Part shown: piece after piece, positions 39,536-53,930 of the stretch
How positions within the stretch are numbered: position 1 is the first letter of the stretch
Layout: every line of letters starts with the position of its first letter
NCBI RefSeq assembly: GCF_006345805.1
Contig: NC_043005.1
Coordinates: forward strand, 17,918,001 to 17,982,000
Length of the DNA: 64,000 bases
DNA from: Octopus sinensis
Lineage: Eukaryota
Reading direction: 5' to 3'
Translations under genes and position numbers: made by a program
The notes under the pieces: generated by a model
What the model was told of the DNA's origin: nothing
The model's database searches: none
Seen by the model: the letters and a program-made list of their open reading frames with translations, nothing else

Positions 39536-39985
39536 CGGCAGAGCACTGAAAAAATACATTGGGACATTTAATTGGCTTCTGGTTTAAGCACAAAGCTAGC
39601 AATTATTACTGGATATCATCGATGCAGTACCGTAAAGGAGAAAAGGCAAAATTGACCTCGGAGGGACGTGAAACCCAAATGTAAAGAGCCGGAACAAATG
39701 TCGAATAATTGTGGCATTTGAGTTTTATTACATCCTGAGTTCAAATCTCACCAGATCCCTTGTCTAATTAGATTACATTTTTTTTTACGTTCTGAGTTTA
39801 AATCCAGATCCATCGTGGAATTTATTTTAGCCCTTAGCATGAATTTACGTTCTGGGTGAAATCCAGCTTAGATCTATTGTGGAATCTGGTTGCATCTCTT
39901 TAAATTCTGAGCTCAAATACTGCTAGATTAAACCCGCCGTTCCCACTTCCGAAATTAAAAAAAATTAACACAGAAATCATCAATA

Positions 39986-40398
39986 GGCGCAGGAGTGGCT
40001 GTGTGGTAAGTAGCCTGCTTACCAACCACATGGTTCCGGGTTCAGTCCCACTGCGTGGCATCTTGGGTAAGTGTCTTCTGCTATAGCCCCGGGCCGACCA
40101 AAGCCTTGTGAGTGGATTTGGTAGACGGAAACTGAAAGAAGCCTGTCGTATATATGTATATATATATGTATGTGTGTGTATATATGTTTGTGTGTCTGTG
40201 TTTGTCCCCCTAGTATTGCTTGACAACCGATGCTGGTGTGTTTACCTCCCCGTCACTTAGCGGTTCGGCAAAAGAGACCGATAGAATGAGTACTGCGCTT
40301 ACAGAAGAATAAGTCCCGGGGTCGATTTGCTCGACTAAAGGCGGTGCTCCAGCATAGCCGCAGTCAAATGACTGAAACAAGTAAGAGAGTAAAAGAGT
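39986..40398 (+). mobile_element. SINE-B full-length copy
   Basis: Match to the SINE-B consensus. Confidence 0.92.
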
Positions 40399-40894
40399 AA
40401 TGTATTCTAATTTACTCCAGCAAGTATTAATCCAACATGGCCACAGTTCAATTACTGACACCAATTAAAAGAATAACATGATTTTGTGAAAAAAAAAAAA
40501 AAATTGTTTGCACTTTTTCGTACTCCGTGGTGGTGTTCATACACTCTCCGTACGTCTCTCAATAGATGTTTCTGTTATCCAGTGTCAACCGCAAACTGCC
40601 GTGTAGCTTTTATATTGTTTGACATTAATAGCAGTTGTATTCTTTCAAGAAGTAGCCTGTAGTCATGCTAGAGCAGTGTCGTCATAGCTATTCCAGTCGT
40701 TTACTCAATGTCCGATAGCTAGCGTGTTATATATTATACAGACGGCAGACATTGCGGACGTCGATAGATATATTTATTGTCTTCATTAATTAATTAATCT
40801 GACGCAGTGTTGCCGATATTCGTTTAATGATTACATACATGCAAACATGTGTAGTTTGATGCCTGGTGTTGATTAATAGCAGGACTGAAAACAC

Positions 40895-41065
40895 ACATGC
40901 ATACATACGTACATACATACATACATACATACATACATACATACATACATACATACATACATACATACATACATACATACATACGACACACGCACACACA
41001 CACACATGTATAGATATATGTAGCTGTTGTATGATTTGTATCTATCTATCTATCTACCTACCTAC

Positions 41066-41124
<59 letters not shown>

Positions 41125-41138
41125 CCTACCTACCTACC

Positions 41139-41191
<53 letters not shown>

Positions 41192-41288
41192 ATCTATCTG
41201 TCTCTATCTCTCTTTCTGTCTGTCTGTCTGTGTCTGCCTTACTGTCTGACTGTCTGTCTGTTTGTCTGTCTGTCTCTCTCTCTCTGTC

Positions 41289-41344
<56 letters not shown>

Positions 41345-41593
41345 ATACTACGAGATAAATTCACATAGCCACATACACAAGCATAACACATTTTCATGGA
41401 GAGCATATTTACATAAAATTACATATATATACATACACTTGATATACACACATCTACTTCCGTACTGATGTACATATATATACTTTCACTCTCATACACA
41501 CTTACATTGACATAGATACATACAGACATTCACACACTTATGCTTGCATGTGTAATATACACATATATATATAGAGAGAGAGATATGTGTGTG

Positions 41594-41675
<82 letters not shown>

Positions 41676-41976
41676 TAAAAGTCTATCCAATAATCAGCAA
41701 AGCTAGTTAACGTGTACTCTGCCTACGAGGTCAAACTGATCATAGCATATCAATGTTACTGTCTTTGACTGCAAACCAAAATCAGAGCTCTATATTCCCG
41801 AGGTATGTAAATCAGCTTGTGAAATTTATTCGTGATTTCTTTGAATAATCTCCCTTTAATAAATTCCATTGTGAGTGACTAAATATTCTTGTTTCCTTTC
41901 TCCGTCGATGAGGGTAATTTTGAAGAATTTATAATTTTTGAGTGAATGATATTCAGTAAATCAGGCTTTAAACTTA

Positions 41977-42007
<31 letters not shown>

Positions 42008-42184
42008 TTGTACATACATACATACATATGTACATACATATTTGTACATGCATACGTACATGCATGCATACATACATACATACATACATAATACATACAT
42101 ATATACATACATATTTGTACATACATACATACATACATATTTGTACATATATACATACATGCATACATACATATTTGTACATAC

Positions 42185-42215
<31 letters not shown>

Positions 42216-42225
42216 CATGCATGCA
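40895..42225. repeat. Cluster of (CATA)n, (TCTA)n/(TCTG)n, (TG)n microsatellites
   Basis: Direct reading of the sequence. Confidence 0.9.
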
Positions 42226-43213
42226 TACTGATATAAATGATAATGCATGTACATATATATGTATATTTTTAATATACATATATACACGCATACACACACG
42301 TATAGGAAAGGTCCCCCCACATATATATGTACAAATCCACAAATGTATTAAAAAAGCAAAAGAAGGAATACATTTAGAAAAGCTATTTAGAACTCAGAGT
42401 CTGAAAAACCTTTCAGAGTATTATTTCGATTATATAAGTCTGAATAAGAAAAAAAAATACAGCAAATACTTAATTATAAAAAAGAAAAAAACAACAACAA
42501 CATCATATGTCATACGGTGAATTCTGTTCGCTAAATATCGTAAATGAGTCTATTAAAAGCACAATTACTGCAAAAGATACTCCATCGGAAGAACATCAAC
42601 TTGAAAGCTACAGGGGTATTCTGAGTGAGAGATTACAATTTTGCTGGTACAAATAGATAGAAGAACAGCTCTCATTATAAGCATATAGAACGCGCGTAAT
42701 ATGCAGTAAATGGTGAAGTTCCTGAAAAAAAAACTTCTTAAAAACAAATAATCAGATAGAAGAGTCCCCCAGGCCTACATCTTACATAAAATATAAAAAT
42801 GTTATATCAATATCTTGTTATATAATTTTGTTTAGAGTCTGGTAACAGGATATGTGAATTTTTTTTTTAGGGGAAATTATATTTTACTGAGTGGAAATGC
42901 AAGCAAGCAACCAACCATTAGCCTGCCGAAAAATCAAGTACACCATGAACACAAACGGACTAGCAAGTACATATTAGGCGTATGTATCTCCTCGTATCAG
43001 TATATATGTCATTATTCAGTTTTATTTCGAGACTTCTTGCCAATAAAGAGCCGGTTCTTATGCAAGAACCAACTTTATTAGACTATTTTCCTTAGTCATT
43101 GCACGGTGATCGCCATAAGCTTTAAGCTTATATAAAAATACCATTATATTATTTACAGGATTGTAAAATACGATACCGTATAAAAAACCATTCACATAAA
43201 TATATATATATAA

Positions 43214-43249
<36 letters not shown>

Positions 43250-43282
43250 AATATATATGTATACACACACACATACACACCC

Positions 43283-43315
<33 letters not shown>

Positions 43316-43326
43316 CATGTATTATG

Positions 43327-43366
<40 letters not shown>

Positions 43367-43404
43367 ATAAATATGTGTGTGTGTATATATATATATTTAA
43401 ACTT

Positions 43405-43609
43405 TTTTATCTGTTTCAGTCATTTGACTGTGGCCGTGCTGGAGCACCACCTTTAGTCAAACAAATCGACCCCAGAACTTAATCTTTGTAAGCCTAGTAC
43501 TTATTCTATCGTTTATTTTTTGCCGAACCGCTAGTTTACAGGGACGTAGACATACACCAGCATCGGTTGTCAAGCGATGGTGGGGGACAAACACAGACAC
43601 AGACACACA

Positions 43610-43647
<38 letters not shown>

Positions 43648-43690
43648 AACAAACACACACACACGCGCGCGGGCACGCACATATATATAC
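43405..43690 (-). mobile_element. SINE-B 3' half
   Basis: Match to the SINE-B tail. The matching 5' half lies at 44440-44600. Confidence 0.85.
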
Positions 43691-44154
43691 AATATTAAAT
43701 CTCTGAGCAAGAAGTAAACAGTAGCTGTACAGAATCGGGTTTCATTGCAAATACTAATTAGGCACAGACAGTATGTCGTTAGGCAACTGGAGGAGATGTC
43801 CTCCTGGGCCTAAAAACAACAGGAACATCGTCCTCTACGGGACCGCCTCATTTATTTGTCAATTATATTTTACGATATGGACTAGTTTGGCGAGTCGTGT
43901 TCTGTCTTGCCTTCGAAACACGCTGGAGTCGAACTAGTGACGCTGATGAAGGGGTTTTTCCTTGTGTAGTATGTCCTGTACTCTGTTTTTCTGTTGTAAA
44001 AAAATGGTTTTTCCATTTTCGTTTCCGTTGAGTTCTGGTCTTAGTTGTGGTGTCCTGTACTCACGTATATATATTTATATTGCATGTATATATACATGTA
44101 GATGTAGGTACGTACATAGTGTTTGTATGTATGCATATATTTTATTTATTACAC

Positions 44155-44195
<41 letters not shown>

Positions 44196-44439
44196 TATAT
44201 AATATATTATATATATTATATATATATATATGTATATGCATACATACGATATGTACCTTAACTGATAACTCTAGATACAGAGCTCACTCAGTAATAAAGC
44301 ATAGAACTTGCATATCTATAAACTAAATGCAACCCATCAGGTTGGAAGATACTAACGAACTCAGGCTAGAAGTTTATTAGTGAGGCTGATGCACAGGTAA
44401 CAAATCTCTAAATATGTCCAGGATGTGTGATACAGAAAA

Positions 44440-44600
44440 TACTTTCAGTTTCCATCTACCAAATCCACTCACAAGGTTTTGGTCGGCCCGCGGCTATAGC
44501 AGAAGGCACTTGCCCAAGGTGTCACGCAGTGGGGACCGAAACTGGAACCATGTGGTTGGTAAGCAAGCTACTTAGCACACAGCCCCCTCCTGTGCCTAAT
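44440..44600 (-). mobile_element. SINE-B 5' half
   Basis: ttcagtttccatctaccaaatccactcacaagg...cacagcccctcctgtgcc. Confidence 0.85.
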
Positions 44601-44715
44601 TATGTATCCATCAACGTATATATTATATATATATATATATACATACACACATATATATACATACATATTTAGTTTATTTATCTCCAGCTGAGATAAAATT
44701 ACATTATATTATTAC

Positions 44716-44778
44716 AGTCAATATCTTTAGAGCTGATAATTGCTATAATTCCAATGAATAAGAAATACCCAAACGACA
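44716..44778 (-). CDS. Putative coding exon, 63 bp, phase 1-1, hydrophobic: SFGYFLFIGIIAIISSKDID
   Basis: Strong acceptor ttttctttcctctttgactattccttgcag, donor T|gtaata and an open frame. Joins exon 35838-35975 in phase. Confidence 0.55.
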
Positions 44779-44828
44779 CTGCAAGGAATAGTCAAAGAGG
44801 AAAGAAAACAGCGACAAGTGTTGATGAA

Positions 44829-44872
<44 letters not shown>

Positions 44873-45290
44873 ATGTGAGTGTGTGTGTGGGGGGGGTGTA
44901 TGTGTGTATGTGTGTGTGTGTGTGTGTAAACTAAATGAGTGAAAACATTTCAGGACATTTTTACTCGGAATGTTGTCATTAAAGAAAAAATTCCACGAAT
45001 TAAACTGTCTATGTTTATGAAAATAAACACCATTTTATATCTAAAAAGTAAACTGCGTTTACCAATCTTTTATTGGCGTATTAGCCACTATATATACCCG
45101 AATAAAAAAAACACACACACACATACACACACACACGCACACACATGCACACACACACACATACACACACACACACACACACACGCACAAACACATATAT
45201 ACATCCTCATACGCGAAAACTCCCTCACATATATCTGTGTATCTATGAATATCCATACATATGTATGGATATTGTGTGTTTCTTTCATTC

Positions 45291-45335
<45 letters not shown>

Positions 45336-45340
45336 TTCTT

Positions 45341-45385
<45 letters not shown>

Positions 45386-45404
45386 ATTCTATCTATATAT
45401 TATC

Positions 45405-45445
<41 letters not shown>

Positions 45446-45494
45446 TGAATATAATCAACAGCGCTCTGCGTAAGAATCTCTCTGTCCCTCAGGC

Positions 45495-45526
<32 letters not shown>

Positions 45527-45765
45527 AGGTGCGCGCGAACGCACACACACACATATATACGTACACACACAAATATATGTGCATACATAATACATACATA
45601 TATATATATATATATTAGATATGTATTTATGTCTCTGTATGTATCTCTTTCTCTGTGTGTCTCTGTGTCCGTTTGTCTCCCTCTTTATATACATTCAAAC
45701 ATGTATATGTATGCAGCTATCTATCTATCTATCTATCTCTATATCTATCTATCTATCTATCTATC

Positions 45766-45800
<35 letters not shown>

Positions 45801-45849
45801 CATCTATCTATCTATTTTACTCTCCTTTTCTCTTTGTATACACATATTC

Positions 45850-45890
<41 letters not shown>

Positions 45891-46262
45891 TATATTATAT
45901 ATATGTATATATATATATATATAGTGATAGTTTTATGGATGTTTCATGCTTTCGTTTTACAAATGAAAGAAAAGCTGCTGAATTCATGATCCATAGTCTA
46001 TATTAATTATGTATCAGTATTGATGGTCCCCTCCTCTGCTACAGTTTTCCTACCACGTACTGCGTGTTCACGCATCGATGAAAGCATATTAACTGAAAGA
46101 AACTGGAAAGAAAATATGCACTGTCATGAAACTTGTTGAACTGGAGAATTGTTGTGTAATAGCTTGTGATGCTTACTTGCAGATGGATTTTGCCGTTGCT
46201 GCCAACTCTAGTTAGATTGGCGCAGGACAATGGGTCTCTCTAATGGTTATTCTGTAAGGATT

Positions 46263-46651
46263 GTGGAGGCGCAATGGCCCAGTGGTTAGGGCAGCGGACT
46301 CGCGGTCGGAGGATCGCGGTTTCGATTCCCAGACCGGGCATTGTGAGTGTTTATTGAGCGAAAACACCTAAAGCTCCACGAGGCTCCGGCAGGAGGTGGT
46401 GGTGAACCCTGCTGTACTCTTTCACCACAACTTTCTCTCGCTCTTCCTTCCTGTTTCTCTTGTACCTGTATTTCAAAGGGCCAGCCTTGTCACATTCTGT
46501 GTGTCACGCTGAATCTCCTCGAGAACTACGTTAAGGGTACACGTGTCTGTGGAGTGCTCAGCCACTTGCACGTTAATATCACGAGCAAGCTGTTCCGTTG
46601 ATCGTATCAGCTGGGACCCTCATCGTCGCAACCGACGGAGTGCTCCTATAT
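46263..46651 (+). mobile_element. SINE-C full-length copy with a 13-bp TSD
   Basis: tRNA-like head with A box tggcccagtgg and B box gtttcgattcc. TSD ttctgtaaggatt at 46250-46262 and 46652-46664. Confidence 0.95.
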
Positions 46652-46664
46652 TTCTGTAAGGATT

Positions 46665-47330
46665 ATAATGTCCCGACTATGCAAGTTTCATGAATATTTT
46701 GAATGTACAGTTCTCACAATAGGAGTTATCTTTGGCGACTTTCGTGCAAAGTAACTCTGTCAACGACATTGTCGTGTTTGATAACAAGTTCAGATGTTCG
46801 GTCTCTTTGTTTTTCCATATTAGAGTTATGGGATGACGCTCTCTTTTCCAACGACTTGAATTGACTAACATCGGTTGTTTCGTCTAGTAAAGGTGTTTGC
46901 CTTGAGCGCTGCGTAATTTCTCTCAAAATCACGGATGCTATTGAATGAAAGAGCATTTAAAGCGGTACGATTCTCTAAGAGGGAAAATTGAGAATTTGTA
47001 CTGTTGTATGCTGGGTGTTGGAAAGTGAGTTGTCTGAGTTTATGTCTTCGTTTGCGTTTTGCTCTCTGGGAATCAATATTATCTGGACAAGAATAGTTGA
47101 CCTTAGCATTATTAGTGTTGAAGAGTTTGTTCTATTTATGTGTAAATGTTTTGATAGAGTTCAGAAGGTCCTTGTTATGCTGGTGGTTTTGCTCATATGA
47201 AAGAGTTGGTTGAGCCAGACTATATTCCACTTTTTGTTTCAGTCATAGTGTGTATGCTAGTTTCTCGTTAAAGCTACTTCTTGCATGTTCGTCGTTGCAA
47301 TAGGTTGTTGAAAATCTGTTTTATAAGATA
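46665..47330 (-). mobile_element. Decayed Penelope-like fragment (linker region upstream of GIY-YIG)
   Basis: WNIVWLNQLFHMSKTTSITRTF..KH..NKLFNTNNAKVNYSC parallels WFNPAF..KTNIGREFL..IFSRRTLKISYSC of the 5-7.6 kb element. Confidence 0.6.
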
Positions 47331-48897
47331 AATCTAATCTGTCAGAATTGTTCTGTTGCCAAGTGAAGTCTGTCTGTATTCTTTTGTAAATAAACTAACA
47401 ACAATCGGATTTAGCTGTTCTTGCTTAATCCAATTTCAATCCAGATCAAGTAGAATTTAATAAAATTTATTGCAGTGTTGACTATTTCATATACTTAGAG
47501 ATATATGAGAGTACATTAACCAAGGTATAATTTCTTAAGACAAAAGGTGTAATATGAGAAACATTGTTCCATTTTTAGCGTGCTGAGAGACTACTAGAGC
47601 ACCACAATTTGAATCTTATTATGAGAACAGAATGAAAAAAACCTGAAGGTTTTCTTATAGGCATTACTAAGTACATATAAGATGAGAAGTAAAGTATAAA
47701 AGGACACATGGGTCTGATGCGGACCTCTTCTGTGGAATGTAGAGCAAGTGTTATCTACCATAGGTTCCGATCAACTAAAGCTTTCTCAGCAGAATTTGAT
47801 GAACGAAACTGCGTGGAAGACCGTCGTGCACGCACGCACACACACACATACATACGCATGCACATTCTCAGCGCACACTCACGCACAAACACAGACACGT
47901 CTCCCTCTCTCTTTCTTTCTATCTCTCTTCTTTCTTTCTTTCTCTCTCTCTTTCTTTCTCTCCCTTTTCTTTCTTTCTTTCTTTCTTTCTTTTTTTCTTT
48001 CTCTCTCTCACTTCTTTCTTTCTTTCTTTCTCTCTCTTTCTCCCTCTCTCTCCACATACACACACATACACCACATACACAGACATACACCAAACATACA
48101 TATGACTTACTGCGAAGGGCTAATTGAGCCTGCGGCCCAAAACTTGGGAGAGCTAAATAGCATGACTATAATACATCTATAAATTACTATATTCCCTGGT
48201 GGTGTTTGATCAGAGGTTAAGGACGGATGAGAATTAATTCTGTAATGCCATCATTCTATTTTCCTGTCCCAATCTGAATTCTGTTGGCTAATTTGTCTCA
48301 AAGTTCTTGCTTCGACGTAAAATAAATAAGCGAATGTCACCATCTTCTCCTTGATCTCTGACGTCATTTAACAAACGCCAACCAAGATGGCGTGAAACAA
48401 CTAAGCTTTATCTGCTAGAAATAGCAGCCCAAATGCTTTTAAATCAGAACCCAATGTTGGATGTTCAAGAACCAAAGTGCAGATTTTCAATCCCGAGATC
48501 CTCCCGCGTCCGAAAAGGTATATAGCAAATGTCGACAGAGATACAGGGGTCCCACACAAACAAAATCTCACGTTTATCATATATATATATATATATACTA
48601 TGGACTTCGCCGTCGTTAGCCGATGGACGAGGGTTCCGCAATTTCTCGCCGAATAATTGCGCAGATGACTTGTTTATAGTGATCAAATGTTATTGTTTCA
48701 CATAAACTCGTTCCCTCCAGATGCGCAAGCCAGCGACACGCCAGATGTCGAAATAATTGCAGAGCAATGTGAAATAAAGAGCTCTGCACGCGAACACAAC
48801 GCATTGCCCAGTGTGGGAACCGAAATCACGATCTCGTGATCCACACACACCCACCCACCCACACACACACACACACACACCACATACCAAACATACA

Positions 48898-49280
48898 GTG
48901 TGGAAGCACTCCGTCGGTTACGACGATGAGGGTTCCGGTTGATCCGATCAACGGAACAGCCTGCTCGTGAAATTAACGTGTAAGTGGCTGAGCACTCCAC
49001 AGACACGTGTACCCTTAACGTAGTTCTCGGGGATATTCAGTGTGACACAGAGAGTGACAAGGCCGGCCCTTTGAAATACAGGTACAACAGAAACAGGAGG
49101 AAAGAGTGAGAGAAAGTTGTGGTGAAAGAGTACAGCAGGGATCACCACCATCCCTGCCGGAGCCTCGTGGAGCTTTAGGTGTTTTCGCTCAATAAACACG
49201 CACAACGCCCGGTCTGGGAATCGAAACCGCGATCCTACGACCGCCAGTCCGCTGCCCTAACCACTGGGCCATTGCGCCTC
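48898..49280 (-). mobile_element. SINE-C full-length copy with a 13-bp TSD
   Basis: TSD taccaaacataca at 48885-48897 and 49281-49293. Confidence 0.95.
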
Positions 49281-50599
49281 TACCAAACATACAAACGGCT
49301 TACTGATGCGTCAACAGTATTCACATTTCACTAAATATAGACTATTGTCTTAAAATCTTTAGAGATATCTTGTTATTGTATAGCAATGAAACAAGATGCC
49401 GTTAATGCTTCAACAATTTATTTATCGCATAAACGACCAAGAATACATCATACATGCAAACTGGCCAATCCTATTTACTAATACATTTAATAATACTGAG
49501 TTTATAAGTTGTGTCTCCATGGATAGTTAAAGACGGTTGCTGATAAAATCTAATGCATTAATGGAACTATTTCGGATGAACCCACTTTCTCTGTCGTCGA
49601 AACATTGCAGAGAAAGACGTTTATACATGTGTTTATTTATAATTTTCGATTAAAATCTAAAGCTATATTATGAAGTGCAGCCAGTATGTATGTATGTATG
49701 TATGTATGTATGTATGTATGTATGTATGTATGTATGTATGTATGTATGTATGTATGTATGTATGTATGTATGTATGCATGTATGTATGTATGTATGTATG
49801 TGTGTGGTGTTGTATGTATTATGTATGTATGTATGTATGTATGTATGTAGTATGTATGTATGTATGGTATGTATGTAGTATGTATGTTGTTATGTATAAT
49901 GTGTATGTATATATATATGTATATATCTATATATATGTATATGTATGTGTGTGTGTGTGTGGTGTGTGTGTGTAATTAATAGCGACAGAAGTAATATAAA
50001 AACCAAAATCACGTGATCTGGCAGTTCGCGCAGTAGTAGCAAACGGTTCTCCTCTGTCAACGATATAGTTATGAATGCTCTTAAGTACCACGTGTATGAG
50101 AAATCTTGTCAAGGTAAACAACGCAGTATTCTTTGTTCTTCCACAACCTCCACCTATGTTGGAGATGAAGACAACACGTCCCAGATCCATTCAGGAGTGA
50201 TGGATACTGATATTTCGCCAATTTTGTGGCTTATCAACATCATATACTTGAATCGAACCCGAGACGAAGTGAATTGCCAGTCTATGACTATATATGAATA
50301 ATGTAAAAACTATTACTGCCATGCAGTGACGATGCATACATAAGATTAAATTCAATTATGAACTAAAAGCAGCGCTAGAGTTGTAAACATGATCGACCGC
50401 ACATACTTAATGTATGTGTTTTGCTTGTTCACCGTTTTGCAGCGGTAAAACGCCAGAAGTACGACTCCCTAATTACAATAGTTGTTAAAATAACTGAAAG
50501 TCATATTCAGGCGAGGCTGCAACGAGGAGTCACCCTTCAGTCCCTTTACCTAGATACGCCTTATATATTTCAGAAGATGTTGTGACCGGGTTGAAAATA

Positions 50600-51200
50600 T
50601 GAGTGAAGTACTCTCTCTTCAAAGTCTTCTCGTGTTTTTATCTTGTAGACCTTTACAGTCTCATCAGCGACTTTTCGTGTTTGCTTTTATCGCAAGGCCA
50701 AGGAAAAAAACTTATTTCCAAGCCAAGCTTTGTAAGCCTCCTTCTTTCCTCCGATGGCATATTTAACCTCTTGATAGAATCAAGGAGTCCTCCTACTGTC
50801 CGGCACTACCCCGATCCGCTTCCATCCGCAGCATTTAGCAGTTCAAGCAGAAAGTGAAGAATCTCCACTTTCGTTTCAACATCCTTAGTTTGTTCTGGAA
50901 ATTCTCTAACCTTGGGCGTACCTGGTCCTGACCTCCTTATCAGCTAACGTTTCCTATTTCATAATGTAGGCCGAAACGGACCCGCCCTTGAGATGCATCC
51001 AAGTTAAGTTCAGAGAACTTTCTGAACAAAGGACGTTGAAACGAAGTTGAGACAGTTCGTTCTCTGTTTCAGCTGTTAAATGCGGAGTAGATGCCGGATG
51101 GTAGGACTCCTTGTTTTTTGGGCAAGACAACTTAATGGTAATCAGTTGACAGCCCAACCTCTCTTTTTACACGAACACCCAGTACAAAATCGAAGATATT
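50600..51200 (-). mobile_element. RTE-clade LINE fragment (end of AP endonuclease and linker)
   Basis: Remnants VRVKREVGLSTDYH..; RRTP..QEVKYAIGGKKEAYKAWL, typical of RTE ORFs. Confidence 0.7.
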
Positions 51201-51628
51201 AGAGACAATAACAAGATCAGTTACTGATCCCTGGCTCTGATTTCCTTTATTCCATGAATTTTTGAGGATGTGCCAGAAGAAGGTGCTTATTTGTATTCAT
51301 ACCAAGATCACCATTTCTCCAAATCACTCCTTTTCCATGTCAGATGCTTCTTCTTCTTCTTTTCTTTCTTCTTCTTCTTCTTCTTCTCCTCCTTCCTCCT
51401 CTCTCCTCCTCCTCCTTCTTCTTCTTTCTTCTTCTTCTTCTTCTTCTCGTTGTTGTTGTTGTTGTTGTGTTATCATTAATATTATTATTATTATAATAAT
51501 TTATTATTATATTCTTATTATATTTTATTATTATTATTATTATTATTTGATATTATATTTACTTTTACTACTATTTTGTTGTTATAGTTGTTTAACAGCA
51601 ACTTCGTTGTTGTGTTGTATATATGCGA

Positions 51629-51659
<31 letters not shown>

Positions 51660-51751
51660 TATATTATATGTATATATATGTATATATATATTCATATATT
51701 ATATATATGTGTATATAATATTTATATATATGTATGTATGTAATATATAAT

Positions 51752-51810
<59 letters not shown>

Positions 51811-52869
51811 TATATGTATGCATGTATATATATATAAATACTATTATATATGTATGGTATATATGTACTGTATATGTATGTATTATGTATGTATGTATGC
51901 ATGCGTGTATGTAGTTATATACGTCAATCATAAAAAGAAAGGAACACGCATTAATTGAATAAAAGAGTGAAATCTTCGAAACCTGTGAAATGTACTGAAT
52001 GGCAGCCTGACACAATCAACGAAATACATCGGATCAAAATTAAATCTTGATAATGTCACGAATGTTAGCCTATAACAAATGTTATTATAAAAGTTATAAC
52101 TTCATAATAAGATGCTTATGAAGACTTAGAAATTTAATGGAAGTCAATTTACAATTTATTCAAAACATTGGTTAAAGATGACACCAGCAGCATACATTAT
52201 AATAATTGCTTAAATTTACTTTGTGCAAATAATTCCTTGTTTACAGTTAATTCTAAGAATCCTTATATAATAGGAAACGAAATTACATCACAATATGCAC
52301 GCTAACACGCACATACAAGTATCACCTTCTTTATAAATTTATATGGTAGTTACACGCACATGAGCGAAGGTGATACAATGTACGTTCATCTAAGAGAGAT
52401 ATTTGATCACTGGAAACGAAGAATGTCTCAACGGGTAGTCGGTGCAATGATTTATCTGTATGTGAAACAAAACAGACGAAAAGAATGCAACTGAAATATA
52501 AACAAATAGCTAATGTGTGAGTAGTATGTGTGTTGAGCGGACCATGGGAACATGGGCAAGTGTGGTCGCCTGCTGGATGTGTGTATGTACGAAGAAGAAG
52601 ATGCTGAAAAGCTCCGGGGTTTGGGTAAAAGAAAATACAGGTGAATCAGTTAATTATGATTCTATTCAACATATCCCTCTCTCAGATTCACACATTTTTT
52701 ATGGCGTCCTTCAGCTTTTCTACATTCTGTAAAAGAACGCGGAAGGTTGGGCCTCCAACAAAACGTTTTGCGAAAGCCTTAAAGCCAGGAACACATACAC
52801 ACACGCACGCACGCACGCACACACACACACACACACACACAGACACACACAGACACACACACACACCAC

Positions 52870-52995
52870 TCACATAGTAGCAGGCGCGTGTGTGTGTGTG
52901 GTATCTAGCTTGCTTACCAACCACATGGTTCTAGGTTCATTCCCAATGCGTGGCACCTGGGCAAGTGTCTTCTGCTATAGCCTCGGGCCGACCAA

Positions 52996-53026
<31 letters not shown>

Positions 53027-53500
53027 CGTTGATAAATATATAATTAGGCACAGGAGGGGGGCTGTGTGGTATGTAGCTTGCTTACCAACCACATGGTTCT
53101 AGTTTCGGTCCTACTGCGTGACACCTTGGGCAAGTGCCTTCTGCTATAGCCGCGGGCCGACCAAAGCCTTGTGAGTGGATTTGGTTGACGGAAACTGAAA
53201 GAAGCCCGTCGTATATATGTATATATATATGTATGTGTGTATATGTTTGTGTGTCTGTGTTTGATCCCCAACATCGATTGATAACCGATGCTGGAGTGTT
53301 TAAGTCCCCGTAACTTAGCGGTGGTTCGGCAAAAGAGACCGATAGAATACGTACTAGGCTTACAAAGAATAAGTCCTGGGGTCTATTTCCTCGACTGAAG
53401 GCGGTGCTCCAGCATGGCCGCAGTCAAATGTCTGAACAAGCAAAAGAGTAAAAGTGTATATATACGACGGACATCTTTCAGTTTCTGTCTGCCAAATCCC
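52870..53500 (+). mobile_element. SINE-B cluster (52870-52995 partial; 53047-53455 full; short inverted piece after it)
   Basis: Match to the SINE-B consensus. Confidence 0.88.
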
Positions 53501-53516
53501 AATACAATCACGCACG

Positions 53517-53568
<52 letters not shown>

Positions 53569-53893
53569 AACAAACATGTGTATATAGATTGAAAAATAGG
53601 TATATAGATACTCATAAATTCAGACACGTGTAGGTGAGTATGTTTATGTATATATAGGTATATATATATATATGCATGTATGTATGTATGTATGTATGTA
53701 TGTATGTATGTATGTATGTATGTATGTATGTATGTATGTATGTATGTATGTGTGTATGTGTGTATGTATGTATGTATATATATATATGTGCGTGAGTGTG
53801 CATATATATATACATATATATATACATTTGTATAGATTCTGAAAACTTTTCCATAACTAAAAAATTCACCTACACATACGCGCGCACGGATGT

Positions 53894-53930
<37 letters not shown>

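Noticed and set aside
42569-42643. Minus-strand exon candidate KIVISHSEYPCSFQVDVLPMEYLL
   Set aside because: Good splice signals, but phase 2-2 is incompatible with the flanking phase-1 exons.
43905-43985. GAAAC..CTGATGAAGG in an unclassified repeat
   Set aside because: Could not close stems I and III in type I, II or III topology.
46263-46340. tRNA-like sequence with A and B boxes
   Set aside because: It is the head of a TSD-flanked SINE with no clean cloverleaf; not called as a tRNA gene.
52384-52455. Phase 1-1 exon candidate KSLHRLPVETFFVSSDQISLLDE
   Set aside because: Strong acceptor but weak donor (gtacat); kept only as an RNA-seq target for the upstream part of the gene.
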